Of a stretch of 64,000 nucleotides of DNA, positions 29,321-39,875 are shown piece after piece. The DNA comes from Acidobacteriota bacterium (lineage in GTDB: Bacteria > Acidobacteriota > UBA6911 > RPQK01 > JAJDTT01), in NCBI GenBank assembly GCA_965209055.1, contig OZ242374.1, positions 1,568,001 to 1,632,000 on the forward strand, written 5' to 3'. Below the pieces are notes generated by a model, which was not told where the DNA came from, did not search any database, and saw only the letters and a list, made by a program, of their open reading frames with translations. Within the stretch, counting starts at the first letter, position 1. Every line of letters begins with the position of its first letter. The translations under genes and the position numbers were made by a program.

Positions 29321-29740
29321 TCACTCGTCCTTGACCTCGGCTTGGAGGATCACCGCGGCCTCGCTTCCGCCGAACCTGGACTTGAATACGGTCATCCCGG
29401 CGAACTCGTACTCCGGCGGCGCTTCGTTCATTTCCTGTTGCATCGTGCCGGTCCGGCTGGTCGCGAGCAATATGTAGCGGTAGCGCCGGCCCTCGGGGTC
29501 CAGCGTCATGATGACGACGACTTCGCTGCCGCCAAAAGCAGTCTCGCCTCCTTGCGTGCCGACGAAGCGGTAGCCTCGCGCACCGGCTTCGTTGAGTTCC
29601 TTTTGCATGGTGCCGGTCCGGCTGGTGGCCAGCAGCAGGAACCTGTCCGGCTGCTCGGCCTCCTTTTCTGCGGCGAGAAGATTCGTGGCGAAAAGCACCA
29701 GGGCGAACGTGATGCAGGTGCGGATCATGGTCATGGTCAT
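29321..29740 (-). CDS. secreted protein with two DUF4177-like repeats
   Basis: Signal peptide; repeated LLATSRTGTMQ(K/Q)E(L/M)NEA; AGGAGG RBS. Confidence 0.75.
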   Translation of the reverse strand: MTMTMIRTCITFALVLFATNLLAAEKEAEQPDRFLLLATSRTGTMQKELNEAGARGYRFVGTQGGETAFGGSEVVVIMTLDPEGRRYRYILLATSRTGTMQQEMNEAPPEYEFAGMTVFKSRFGGSEAAVILQAEVKDE

Positions 29741-29784
29741 TCCTCCTGTTGGCGCCGGCCAAGCATTGGACGGGTTCGGTGGTG

Positions 29785-30292
29785 TCAGCATAAACGGCTT
29801 ACCACAAATAATGGGAATTCTATCAGCGTGCAGGTGGGGCGTAGCGTAGCTTGGAGCACTCTATGGCCGCCAGCGAACCGGTCTTCAGTTCGACCGGAAA
29901 CACGACGGCAAGGGCGCTTTCGATGGTATCCCCGGTGGAATCCAGCTTCCTCCCGAGCATCATCCAACTTCCTTTCCTTGCAAAACGGCCCGATCCACGC
30001 ACCGATTCCCTGTATGGCGTCCACGATGCCACCGGTCCCGGCCTGTCCGTCCTCGTGCTGCAACATCAGCGAGTTTTCCGTGGCCGAAAGGAACCGGCTC
30101 TTGATCGGGTCAGAAGCTCCTTGGTCGTACAGCCGCACGTAGGTCTCCCTGTCCGGCTTCACATCCCGCGCTCCGGACCCGTCGGGCATGTGCCGCGTCA
30201 CACCGCCGGCAGGCTGGCCAGAAGCAACAAGGCCAGCAGCAGCACCAAGGTGATCCTGTATTGCCGCTCATCGTTATTGGAGAGTGTTCTCA
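29785..30292 (-). pseudogene. frameshifted exported/lipoprotein gene remnant
   Basis: RBS plus MRTLSNNDERQYRITLVLLLALLLLASLPAV* and continuation VTRHMPD... in another frame. Confidence 0.4.
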
Positions 30293-31024
30293 TGAAACCT
30301 CCTCCTGGGGAATCGTCTGGACGGATTCGGATATCGGTGTTGCGCCGGTTGGCGGAAACCAGTGGAGCAGGTCGGGGCGTGACACGAACAAACAGTGTGG
30401 GACGCCCCGCAGACCGTCCTCACACCCACGGTCTAGAACCGGCCGTCGTGGATAGCCATCGCCATCATGTCGGTGCGGGACACCCAGCCTCATCGGTGTC
30501 CTGAAGTCTCCGGGACCTCTCCCTCTAACCAGTACAACGTCTGGAATCGGGATCGGTCACAGACTATTTTTGATGGCTCTGTTTTCGGAGGCGATTAGAG
30601 GGGGGCACGATGGCTCAAGGGAGCTTCACTGATCCTGTCCCTTGGTCCTGGAGATTCTGGGCAGCGCCGGATAAAGGCGGGCATCGATGCGCTGCTAGAC
30701 GAGCTTGGCTCGATTCAACCGAGTTGCGACGTTCGAACGGGAGGCACGCAGCCTCTCCACCGTCGGCTTCCTGAGGGCCTTTAGCCGTTGCTCGTGGATG
30801 TCAGGGACGCTCATGCGTCCCATCTGGCCCGTCTCGGATATCATTTATGCCTTCCCGCAAGGAATGTCGTAATAAATCAGCTACATCGTCCAGATAAGTC
30901 CAGTATGGTTCATAAGTGTTTGTATTAGATTGGTTTACCACTAGACCAGGCATCCGACCTTGTCCCATGCCGACCCGCTCCGTCCCCTTGCATCCACCAT
31001 TCTGTGGTATGTATAGTGGTAGGT

Positions 31025-32245
31025 ATGACACTTATAAAACGACCCCCGAAACGCAAGCCGCGCGGCCAGCATCCCCTCAATGCCCTGACCCCGGCCTTTG
31101 TCCGCAACGTGAACCAGGCCGGACGCTATTGCGATGGCCACGGGCTCTATCTCGACGTCCGCCCCACGGGCAGCCGGGGCTGGATCCAGCGTCTCACCAT
31201 TCGTGGCCGCCGAACCGAGCTCGGGCTCGGCGGATTCCCCCTCGTCTCGCTCAAGGAAGCGCGCGAGAAGGCGTTCGCCAACCGGAAGCTAGCCCGCGAC
31301 GGGGGCGACTCCCGGGCCGAGAAACGGCGGGCCGAGTCGATGCCCAGCTTCGCGGACGCCGCCCAGGCGGTCTGGAAGCAACTGCGGCCGGGCTGGCGCT
31401 CCCCCCGGCATGCACGGCTCTGGCTGAGAAGCCTGGAGCGCCACGTCCTGCCTCATATCGGAAAGATACCGATTGCGCAGGTGACGAGCGCGGACGTGAT
31501 CGGGATTCTGGCTCCGATCTGGCACGAGAAGGCCGCCACCGCCCGGAAGCTCCGCCAGCGCATTCGCGCGGTCCTGGAGTGGGCCGTGGCGATGGATCTT
31601 CGGCCCGACAACCCGTGCGACCGGATCGGCCCGGTGCTTGGTGCGCAGGGGAAAGCCGTGCGTCACATGCGGGCGTTGCCTCACGGGGAGGTTGCGTCTG
31701 CACTCCGGACGGTGCGGGCATCGAACAAGCGGCCGGTGGTGAAGCTGGCGTTCGAGTTCCTGGTGCTGACGGCGACGCGCTCCGGCGAGGTCCGGGAGGC
31801 GGTCTGGACGGAGATCGACCGGAACCAGGGCGTGTGGACCATCCCCGCCGGACGCATGAAGGGGTATCGGGAACACCGGGTCCCGCTAACCCGCCCTGCG
31901 TTGGAGATCCTCAGGGAGGCGAAGGTGCTCGGTCGGGGCAACCGGCTCGTTTTTCCCAGAGTGAGCGGGAAGCCACTGGGGAGGACCGCCATGTCGGAAC
32001 TTCTCCGGGGGTTGAGGATTGCGGCGGTGCCGCACGGGTTCCGGTCGAGTTTCCGGGACTGGGTGGCGGAGGAGACGGAACATCCCCGCGAGGTGGCGGA
32101 GGCGGCGCTGGCGCACAAGGTGCGCAACCCGGTCGAGGCGGCCTACCGGCGCACGGACCTGTTCGAGCGGCGGCGTGTGCTCATGGAGGACTGGGCGGGC
32201 TATCTGGCGGGCGAGAGTCGGCAACCGGTCGCGCCGTCGAGGTGA
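31025..32245 (+). CDS. tyrosine integrase of element A (P4-like)
   Basis: DGHGLYL, TATRSGEVR, HGFRSSFRDW, ALAH, AAYRR. Confidence 0.95.
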   Translation: MTLIKRPPKRKPRGQHPLNALTPAFVRNVNQAGRYCDGHGLYLDVRPTGSRGWIQRLTIRGRRTELGLGGFPLVSLKEAREKAFANRKLARDGGDSRAEKRRAESMPSFADAAQAVWKQLRPGWRSPRHARLWLRSLERHVLPHIGKIPIAQVTSADVIGILAPIWHEKAATARKLRQRIRAVLEWAVAMDLRPDNPCDRIGPVLGAQGKAVRHMRALPHGEVASALRTVRASNKRPVVKLAFEFLVLTATRSGEVREAVWTEIDRNQGVWTIPAGRMKGYREHRVPLTRPALEILREAKVLGRGNRLVFPRVSGKPLGRTAMSELLRGLRIAAVPHGFRSSFRDWVAEETEHPREVAEAALAHKVRNPVEAAYRRTDLFERRRVLMEDWAGYLAGESRQPVAPSR

Positions 32246-32365
32246 CCATCGACAAGCGCCTGGGCCGCTTGCTTGGCCTCCCATTGAAAGTTTCCGTTGT
32301 CCTCCCCCATGCGGCGCATTTTCTCACGACAGGCTGGAATTCTCCCTTCCCCATCTTCGCAGAGG

Positions 32366-32650
32366 CCTTCCCGCAGGGATCAATGAAGAAGTGAGCGACC
32401 CCCCCCCGCGCATGCCGCGCCGGTGTGCAACGGAGTGGAACACGGGCAGCGCCTGCGTGACGTGCGAGGCACGAAAACAGGGGGGTCGCTCACTTCTCCT
32501 CCCCGGACTCTCCGTCCGGGCGCGCCTCCTCCGGAAGGACGGGGACAAACCGAAGGGAATCAACAAGATGGCGGAAAGGGGGCTTGTGAAACTCGCCGCT
32601 CCGAGAGTGGAACACACCCCCCCATGTCTGTTTCACATCCCGGGACTTCG
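32366..32650 (+). repeat. palindromic element copy S4 (compensatory variant, intact core)
   Basis: CCTTCCCGCAGGGATCAAT; IR AGAAGTGAGCGACCCCCC 32387-32404 / GGGGGGTCGCTCACTTCT 32480-32497. Confidence 0.85.
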
Positions 32651-32879
32651 CCGGACTGGCCCCCCGGAGGTGGAACACGGCCCGGGAGCGGACCGCCGCA
32701 TTGCCGTCAATGGGACTTTCCGTGCTCTTTGCAGCCCGTGGATCCACGACGTCCACGGGGTCCACTCGGGACCGGGCGCGCGCGGCCCCTCAGGCGCTCC
32801 ACAACCCTCCTCCCGGTTTCCGCTGGAATCTGGACCGGGAGCCAGGTCCGGCCCCGGTCGATGCGGATGCGGTTTTGGG

Positions 32880-33180
32880 GGATGGGGGCGATGGCCCGCT
32901 CCCGCCGGAGGTCGTCGCGGGCCACCGCGACCACTTGCACCGGGGGGTCTTGTGCGCGCAGCGCGGCCCAGAGCCGGGCGTGCTCCGCCCCCCACGAGCG
33001 TAGCTCCGAGTCGGCGTCCCGGCCGGGATCGACGTAGGCGAAGGTCGCCCGGTCCTCCTCCAAGGCCAGGGGGAGCTTGCGGGGGAAGTATCGGCTCCGC
33101 CCCTGGGCATGGACGGTATTGTGGCGGCACGGGAACAGCCGCCGGGAAAGGCCCAGCGCCTCCAGCGACTGCGACTGCTG
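32880..33180 (-). pseudogene. internal fragment of a paralog of the Replic_Relax-like protein
   Basis: RYFPRKLPLAL..ATFAYVDPG..LRSWGAEHARLWAALR..VQVVAVARDD aligns with the 14321-15244 product. Confidence 0.8.
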
Positions 33181-33202
33181 CGTCACCTGCGGATCGACAG
33201 TG

Positions 33203-33501
33203 TTCATGGGGAGGTGAAAGGGCTTCCCGGTGTCGATCCGGGAGTGTAAGTGAGACAACGGGGGCGACTTACAACAGGGGAGCGATTTCACTTACACACG
33301 CGATTTCCCCGATCTCTTTGTCGCTCATGCAGTTACGGCCACATTCCCGGCTTCGCCGCGCCCGCACGGGGAAAGCGGAGGTGGACGGGAGCGACCCCCC
33401 CTTTTTCCTGCCCGGTGCGGGCGCGGGGGTGTCGCGCAATTCACATTTGCGCCACACCCCCTGGGGGGGTCGCTCCCATCCAATTGATCCCTACGGGAAG
33501 G
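33203..33501 (-). repeat. palindromic element copy S5 (intact core)
   Basis: Close direct copy of ~15231-15523, including the last codons of the rep-like gene; core ATCCCTACGGGAAGG at 33487-33501. Confidence 0.9.
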
Positions 33502-33622
33502 TCAGAAATGACACCCCTGGCGTGGCTGAATAGAGCCTGATGAGCGACCGGAACGGTAGCTTGAAACGGTCCCCCAAGTCACTAGGGGCCACGATGCTCT
33601 TCAGCCGATTCGGGGTCGGATG

Positions 33623-35065
33623 TCATTCCACCACTTCTCTCCACCATACATCACCTACCCTGACCGCACACTTCAGATCCACTGCGTTTGGAGGAGCTGG
33701 AATACGTGCGTCGCCTACATAATTGAGTACGACTGTTCCGCTTGGTCTCCCTCCGAACCATCTCAAGGTGTCGACCCACCGTCTCCCAGAATTCTCGATG
33801 GAATGATTGGACTCGTCGCGGGAATGACACCCAACAAGGTATTCAGAGAGCCGGTAGGTTTCTTCAAACGACCCCGTGATACGACACTGGGAGGGATTCG
33901 GCCATTCTCCGGGGAAAACTTGGCAATCAACGGAGAGCCAAGAGGCTTCCTGGGACATCCTCTTGAATGTCCTGTGATACTCAAACGGATCTGCGTTTGG
34001 CTCGGGTGGATGTGAGTCTGTCTTCTCTGGAATAAGCCTGCGGTCAAGATAGACCTCCCACTTCAAATCCTTAGTCCCTGCATAAATTCTGATCTCCCTG
34101 CGAACCTCCTGAACAATCCCCGGAGAGACTTTGCCTTCGAACGCCGTTATCCGAACGTCGCGTTCGAAACCCACTGCGGCGCGGATGATGCGGCAATCGA
34201 GATCGAATAGTCCACGATTGTGGATCTGGATGTGATAATAGGATTCATCACTTTCTATGACAGATCCGAAATACTCGATTCGAACCTCGGACGCCCCATA
34301 CGTGTACACGAGCTTTCCTTCAAAGCTGTCCACGGGTTCAGGCTCTGGATCTATTCCAAGAATCCAACTCCTAAGGACGGTTGTGTTGGAGTAACTTCCA
34401 GTACCAGAATGATTCGTGGCGCCTGCGACCCCCACCTGAGCCCATCCCTGCATGGTCCACAAGAGAAGCGGCCCGCCGCTATCTCCACACTCGATGTACC
34501 CACCCTGCTCACCATCAGTTCCAGCTAGCAAGACACGACCCACGTGCCCAATTCTCACAGGGGCCTTCTGTAGGAACACTGGACTGGCCGAGCGCGGCGC
34601 TTCCTCATCACAAGACCCAACAGACCGAGTTCTCCCCCACCCTACCGATGCTCCAATGTCTCCCTGGGACACCTCATCGTGAAGAGGGACAGGGGAGATT
34701 TCAGACACGCGCTCTGACAAGAAGATGATGGCGATATCAAGATCATCGTGAAGGTCGAAATGAGCAGATCTCTGAAAACGGGAAACTCTTCTGTCGAAGT
34801 AGATCCAAGCACTGTCAGAGTCCTCCACGCAGTGCTTCGCTGTGAGAACTCTGTCGGGAGCAACGAGGCTGCCTGTGCAGGAGAAAGTGCCTTCTCCGAC
34901 TCTGCTGCTGATCTCCACTACAAAGGGAAATTCCCCAGGAACAACGTCGCTTCCTCCAACGATGTGATCGTAATCGGTCTCTACAGAGCCCCCCTCACCT
35001 GAGAGTGGGGAGACTAGCGCCGTCAACGACAGAAGTGCTATCGGGATCGCACGGCACATACTCAT
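33623..35065 (-). CDS. secreted trypsin-like (S1) serine protease with C-terminal extension
   Basis: Signal peptide, IVGG, LTAKHC, DIAII, GDSGGP. Confidence 0.88.
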   Translation of the reverse strand: MSMCRAIPIALLSLTALVSPLSGEGGSVETDYDHIVGGSDVVPGEFPFVVEISSRVGEGTFSCTGSLVAPDRVLTAKHCVEDSDSAWIYFDRRVSRFQRSAHFDLHDDLDIAIIFLSERVSEISPVPLHDEVSQGDIGASVGWGRTRSVGSCDEEAPRSASPVFLQKAPVRIGHVGRVLLAGTDGEQGGYIECGDSGGPLLLWTMQGWAQVGVAGATNHSGTGSYSNTTVLRSWILGIDPEPEPVDSFEGKLVYTYGASEVRIEYFGSVIESDESYYHIQIHNRGLFDLDCRIIRAAVGFERDVRITAFEGKVSPGIVQEVRREIRIYAGTKDLKWEVYLDRRLIPEKTDSHPPEPNADPFEYHRTFKRMSQEASWLSVDCQVFPGEWPNPSQCRITGSFEETYRLSEYLVGCHSRDESNHSIENSGRRWVDTLRWFGGRPSGTVVLNYVGDARIPAPPNAVDLKCAVRVGDVWWREVVE

Positions 35066-35200
35066 CTCACCTCTCTTGACGCAACGATCCTGGAGTTTTC
35101 GGAGGCGAAGAACCTTTCTTGGTGTAGTTTCCTGTGTCTACTGATGGGATAGTGGAGATCACCTGATTTCTATTGGTCGCCAAGAGGCTATTTCCCGCGG

Positions 35201-35485
35201 CTAGACACGCTCGGCAATCCGGCGGCCAGACTCGATTTCTTCTCGCCGCAGTTTCCAGGTCTTTTGTAGGTTCAGCCACACCTGCGGGGTTGTCCTGAAG
35301 TAGCGCGCCAAACGCAATGCCGTATTGGCTGTCACACGCTGCTGCCCATTCAGGATCGCCGTAATTCGATTCACGGGCACATCCAGCGCCTTCGACAGCG
35401 CATTAGCCAACATGTCAAGAGCATCCAGTTCGTCCCGTAAGATCTCTCCCGGGTGCACCGACCGCATCCCATTTGTGAAGTTCAT
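35201..35485 (-). CDS. higA: orphan HigA-family antitoxin
   Basis: VHPGEILRDEL, VPVNRITAIL, TALRLARYF..WLNLQ. Confidence 0.85.
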   Translation of the reverse strand: MNFTNGMRSVHPGEILRDELDALDMLANALSKALDVPVNRITAILNGQQRVTANTALRLARYFRTTPQVWLNLQKTWKLRREEIESGRRIAERV

Positions 35486-35760
35486 TGCCTCGACTCCCTC
35501 AGTTTCCGATCTTCCCTCAACTGGCAACGAGGAGCAACCGTGGTGCCCCGGAGCCCTCCGTCTCAGTTTCATGGTATACGGGGTGTGAGTGCCGCACCGA
35601 TCATGCTCGTTTGGCGACTCCGGGATTTATCTCGCTTGCCGCTTATGGTCCCCCCATAGACCGTCCCGCGAGGATGCGGCAACGTCCCTCACCGGACGCT
35701 GTGTTACATTGACGGGTCCATGAGCAGGCACAAACAAGAAGTCCGACCGGTGCAGGAAGG

Positions 35761-37608
35761 ATGTCGCCAAAAATATCCGGCCACTGGAAACCGAGAATCC
35801 TGGCCGTGATGCTCGCCGCTCTGGTGCTGGGACTTGGCCCTTCAGCGGCGGCGCAATCGCGAGATGATTTCTCCTATTGGGACGGCAACAGGGACCTGAC
35901 CTGCTCCGAAGCATTGAACCGCGATGAGGGGCTGCGGTTGCCGGCGTACAAGGACAACCGTGATGGCACCGGGATCATCTACGAGTGTCTTAAGCGGCAG
36001 CGGTCGAGCGACACGGACAACGACGACATCGCCTGTGACTCATCGTCGAACCCTAAAGGATACATTCCAAAAACACGAACCGAGGATCCGCAGCCCACGG
36101 GGTGCCCGCCGGATGCAGAGACTTGGCGCGGGCTGAAGGTCTGCGCGGAGCGGTCACGCGACGGCTACGATCGCGATGACTACGGATCGAGATACAAGAG
36201 TCTGGAAGACGACATCATCGCGGCGATGCCAGCGACGATGAAGAAAAATGGGCAGGTTTACACCCCGTATTCCTGCATCCTGTTCGACATTACGCCAGCG
36301 GGGACGGCGGCCACGGACATCGAGCACATCGTCGCTCTGGCGGAGGCGCACGACAGCGGGATCGCCGACTACAGGCGGCGGGACATCGCGAGCGACCTCG
36401 ATAACCTGACGATCGCAGACCCGACGGTGAACCGGTCGGCAAAGAGAGACCGGGATGCCGCCGAGTGGATGCCGGATCGACACGGCGCATGGTTCGCAGC
36501 TCGCGTGATTGCCGTGAAGCAAGAATATGAGTTGAGCGTCGACCCGGCGGAGCGCGACGCGCTCGAAAGGCTCCTCGGCGGCGATGAAGCCGAACTGAAC
36601 TGCGTTGGCGCGGTTTCCGTTCCGGGGGCGCCATCATTATCCGCCCGAGATGGCAATGGGACCGTGATACTCAGGTGGAATCCGCCAGCCAATGACGGCG
36701 GTGCGGCGGTCCTCAGCTACGATGTCCGCTATCGCGAGTCGGGCGCCAGCTGGGGCTCCTGGATGGAAGTCGAGGGTGGTACCACTGCACGCAGTACCAC
36801 CATCAAGGGACTGACCAATGGGACATCCTATGAATTCCAAGTGAGGGCAGTGTACGCCGACGGCGGCGGCCCGCCGGCCACGACGGAATCTACGCCCATG
36901 CCAAGTCTGCACTTCGCCCACTTTGCCAACGGTGAACAACGCGGAGTCACCATTACTTCTGAGATCGTCCTGATGAACGTGGAGAATTCCAAGATCTACC
37001 CGGTGGTCCTCTTCTACAACCAGATGGGTGAGCAGATTGACGCCGGAAGGGTCGTGGACCTGATGGAAGGCCTGATGATCACGGCGGATGGAGGCGTGGC
37101 ACCGGCCATGGGTCTCAAGGGCTTGGGCGAGATCACCATCCCGACCAACGGTCGAGGGGCCTTGGTGATCGGGTCGGCTAATGTGTTCTCAGACGGCCGC
37201 ATCGGCGGATTGCTGAGATTCATCGTCCCATCGCTCGGAGTGGCCGGAGTGGGAGCCAGCGAGCCCGTCAACGATGCCATATTTCCGGCTCGTTGGATGA
37301 AGGACGGCATCAATACCGGAGTTGCGATCCGTAACCTCAGCCCAGAGCGCACGACGGTCACTTGCGACCTGATGCGGGGCGGCCAAGTGGTGGAGCCGAA
37401 GGATGTCCCGCTCGACGGAGACGGGCATAGCTCTCAGTTTATTACCGAGGTGTTTGCTGACACCTTCACGAATACGGAAATGACCGAGTTCGTGGGGTCG
37501 GTGCGCTGCCGGGCGCCCGAGGGGTCCATGTTCACCGGCGTGGCCCTGGAGATGGATTTCAACCACCGGATCTTCACCACGCTTCCGATAGTGCCGGTCA
37601 ACCAATGA
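35761..37608 (+). CDS. secreted DUF1524/HNH-type nuclease with Ca-binding-like N-terminus, fibronectin III and C-terminal domain
   Basis: Signal peptide; DTDNDDIAC; DIEHIVALAEAHDSG..NLTIA..VNRSAK; FN3 (LRWNPP..YDVRYR..GLTNGTSYEFQVRA). Confidence 0.8.
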   Translation: MSPKISGHWKPRILAVMLAALVLGLGPSAAAQSRDDFSYWDGNRDLTCSEALNRDEGLRLPAYKDNRDGTGIIYECLKRQRSSDTDNDDIACDSSSNPKGYIPKTRTEDPQPTGCPPDAETWRGLKVCAERSRDGYDRDDYGSRYKSLEDDIIAAMPATMKKNGQVYTPYSCILFDITPAGTAATDIEHIVALAEAHDSGIADYRRRDIASDLDNLTIADPTVNRSAKRDRDAAEWMPDRHGAWFAARVIAVKQEYELSVDPAERDALERLLGGDEAELNCVGAVSVPGAPSLSARDGNGTVILRWNPPANDGGAAVLSYDVRYRESGASWGSWMEVEGGTTARSTTIKGLTNGTSYEFQVRAVYADGGGPPATTESTPMPSLHFAHFANGEQRGVTITSEIVLMNVENSKIYPVVLFYNQMGEQIDAGRVVDLMEGLMITADGGVAPAMGLKGLGEITIPTNGRGALVIGSANVFSDGRIGGLLRFIVPSLGVAGVGASEPVNDAIFPARWMKDGINTGVAIRNLSPERTTVTCDLMRGGQVVEPKDVPLDGDGHSSQFITEVFADTFTNTEMTEFVGSVRCRAPEGSMFTGVALEMDFNHRIFTTLPIVPVNQ

Positions 37609-37657
37609 CGAATAGAGAGCATCAATCCCACGGCCTCTCGCAGGATCCAATGTCATA

Positions 37658-38131
37658 TCAAACGGGTCGTGGCCAAGTTTTCCAATTTGAGGGGTTTTCG
37701 CCGCGCCGCTCGATCTCCTCTATGAGAGCCTGAATCGAGTGGGACGATCCCCAGCCATCGGCCGGGGCCAACCCATCCCGGACAATGTGAGGTCGTCCTG
37801 GGAGATAGGTCTTCGATTCGCGGAGGCTAATCCCCAACCGGCGGTTCGGGATCCACATGTGGTCTTTGACTGCGAATCCCCACGGCCACAGATCTGCTCC
37901 TGGGATCGACGATGAAAGCTCATGCGGTCCGTCTTTGGCAGCCCTCTGAAGACCCATGAAGACCATGTTCCCCGGACCGGGGAAATAGATCAGGATGAGA
38001 TCATTCTTCTTGACCTGATCCCGATATTTCCACCCTGTACTTTCGGTAAAGTGCTGATGTTCAAGGTCGCGGCAATTCCAATACTGTTTCGGATTTTGGC
38101 CGTCACCTTTCATTGCTTGCCAGATAGCCAT
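37658..38131 (-). CDS. hypothetical protein, possibly EVE/PUA-like
   Basis: QVKKNDLILIYFPG...WPW pattern. Confidence 0.5.
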   Translation of the reverse strand: MAIWQAMKGDGQNPKQYWNCRDLEHQHFTESTGWKYRDQVKKNDLILIYFPGPGNMVFMGLQRAAKDGPHELSSSIPGADLWPWGFAVKDHMWIPNRRLGISLRESKTYLPGRPHIVRDGLAPADGWGSSHSIQALIEEIERRGENPSNWKTWPRPV

Positions 38132-38395
38132 TCAAAGTTTCCCCTTTTTCCCTGATGGGATTGAATCAGGTCACACGACCGGAAACGGGAATCTAATTCC
38201 CGGGAATCATCCAGTCAATATGTTGAGCAAGACCGCGAGGCTGGCGACCATGATAGCAAGACGCCACATCTTCGCCTCACTCGCGACGATCCTGGTTTCC
38301 AGACGGACAACCGCAGCATCAAGATTGGATTTGGTCGCCAGTTGCTCCCCGACTGGGATGGATTCTGCCTCTCTCCGAGCCGTGTCATTGGATGC

Positions 38396-38899
38396 TCAAT
38401 ATCCGAATCGAGACTTCTGGTGTGGGCATGTCGTGCTCCTCTTGTACCGTGTCGGCAAGTCGCGATACCAGTCGCGGTAAGACACACGAGGTGGTTTGCA
38501 ATCACAAGAGGGAAAAGTCTCTGCTTCGTATTTTGCACGTTCCCAGTCGTGTTTTAGCAGCAATGCTATTCGACAAGCAAATGCCTCAGCGTGCTCCAAT
38601 TCCTTACCATCTGGCGGAAGTGTTACGCACTTGAGGATCTCCATATCCTCTATCCCGTGTTCGTCCTCGTAGTACGGATTGAGTCGCGCACGCAACTCAC
38701 TTCTGAGCCGATTAAGTCTCTTCTTGTCTCTACCAATCATGGCATCGTGAATGCACAATGCTGTCCATCTCACCTTCTCTCGCCACTTCGTCCGTTCTTG
38801 AGTGACATTCTCAACGCGCAGACGCTTTGACGCGATGTGCCAAGTGATGAAGGCAGTAATTGCTACGGGCAGTGTAGCTAGAGCCAAATCGTAAATCAT
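38396..38899 (-). CDS. hypothetical membrane-anchored protein
   Basis: N-terminal TM, TQERTKWREKVR, LLKHDWERAKYEA. Confidence 0.65.
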   Translation of the reverse strand: MIYDLALATLPVAITAFITWHIASKRLRVENVTQERTKWREKVRWTALCIHDAMIGRDKKRLNRLRSELRARLNPYYEDEHGIEDMEILKCVTLPPDGKELEHAEAFACRIALLLKHDWERAKYEAETFPSCDCKPPRVSYRDWYRDLPTRYKRSTTCPHQKSRFGY

Positions 38900-39022
38900 T
38901 TTCTTGGTTTGGGTTTCCTGACGATTTGAGGGACGTGTGATGGGGGAAAGATCGAAGTAGACGCGCCTCCTCCAAGTTTCAAAGACGAACCCGACGTGGA
39001 CTTCTAGAGAGAACCGTACGTG

Positions 39023-39586
39023 TCACAGACGGAGGAGGGACGACTGGACAATTTCTCGAGTCAATACTTGCCGCTGATCACAGGTCTGTCGCAATTCTCG
39101 ACTAGCGCTAGAGTCCCGACGATCTCTCCCATGCCACAGCGTTGTGAGAATTCCTTCTCTCTTCACGGCCTCGATTGCAGGTACGAAGTCGCTGTCCCCG
39201 GACAACAGCACTACCTTTGCGAGTCGATTCTTCGCGGCTAGCAATGCCATGTCCACGCCTAGCATGAGGTCAACACCCTTCTGTTGGAATATCCGTTTGC
39301 CGTCCGAGTCCGTACCGCGGAGCACGAGCTTCCCCAATCGCACGTCGAAGTTGGGAATGTTCCGGAGTGCGTCCTCAAAGCGCCGCCAGGAGCTATAGCG
39401 AGCCCTCTCGTCTTCGGTGGGTGGGTTGCTCTGATACGGTCGACAATTATAGTAGTAGGTGCGGAGTAGTACATCGTCCCCAACCATGGCATCAACAAGA
39501 AGTCGAAAATCAACCCTTGCTCGTGAGTGTTCGTGCTGGAGCACCTTTTCGAGATAAGCCCCGTCAATGAATACTGCTGTGAACAC
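39023..39586 (-). CDS. NYN (LabA/DUF88, PIN-like) ribonuclease
   Basis: VFIDGAYL, QKGVDLMLGVDM, LSGDSDFVP; probable GTG start at 39586. Confidence 0.9.
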   Translation of the reverse strand: MFTAVFIDGAYLEKVLQHEHSRARVDFRLLVDAMVGDDVLLRTYYYNCRPYQSNPPTEDERARYSSWRRFEDALRNIPNFDVRLGKLVLRGTDSDGKRIFQQKGVDLMLGVDMALLAAKNRLAKVVLLSGDSDFVPAIEAVKREGILTTLWHGRDRRDSSASRELRQTCDQRQVLTREIVQSSLLRL

Positions 39587-39614
39587 TGTGGATGCCTGTT
39601 GGGAAGCACACCAG

Positions 39615-39654
39615 AAAAGGGAAAGGGCCGGAACAAACCGGCCCTTTCCTTTTT
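39615..39654 (-). terminator. intrinsic terminator-like hairpin in the NYN leader
   Basis: GGAAAGGGCCGG-aacaaa-CCGGCCCTTTCC flanked by A/T runs. Confidence 0.65.
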
Positions 39655-39751
39655 TCATTTTTTCCCACCGTGCCTTAGGAATACTACGGGATCCGAAAAA
39701 GGTTGCAGTCCCGGCTCCATCAGGAACGATGGGGTCCATTCCGTCAGAGCC

Positions 39752-39781
39752 ATCCTAACCAATGGATCTCGATACTGTCAA
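39752..39781 (-). promoter_or_regulatory. sigma70 promoter upstream of NYN leader
   Basis: TTGACA-18nt-TAGGAT on the minus strand. Confidence 0.6.
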
Positions 39782-39875
39782 CAATAATTTAGGTCAAAAA
39801 TGTCTTGATTGGATAAGGATACTTGAGAGCTTAGGCGTGCCGTCATGGATTCTTGATAAATCCCTAAACAATAGT

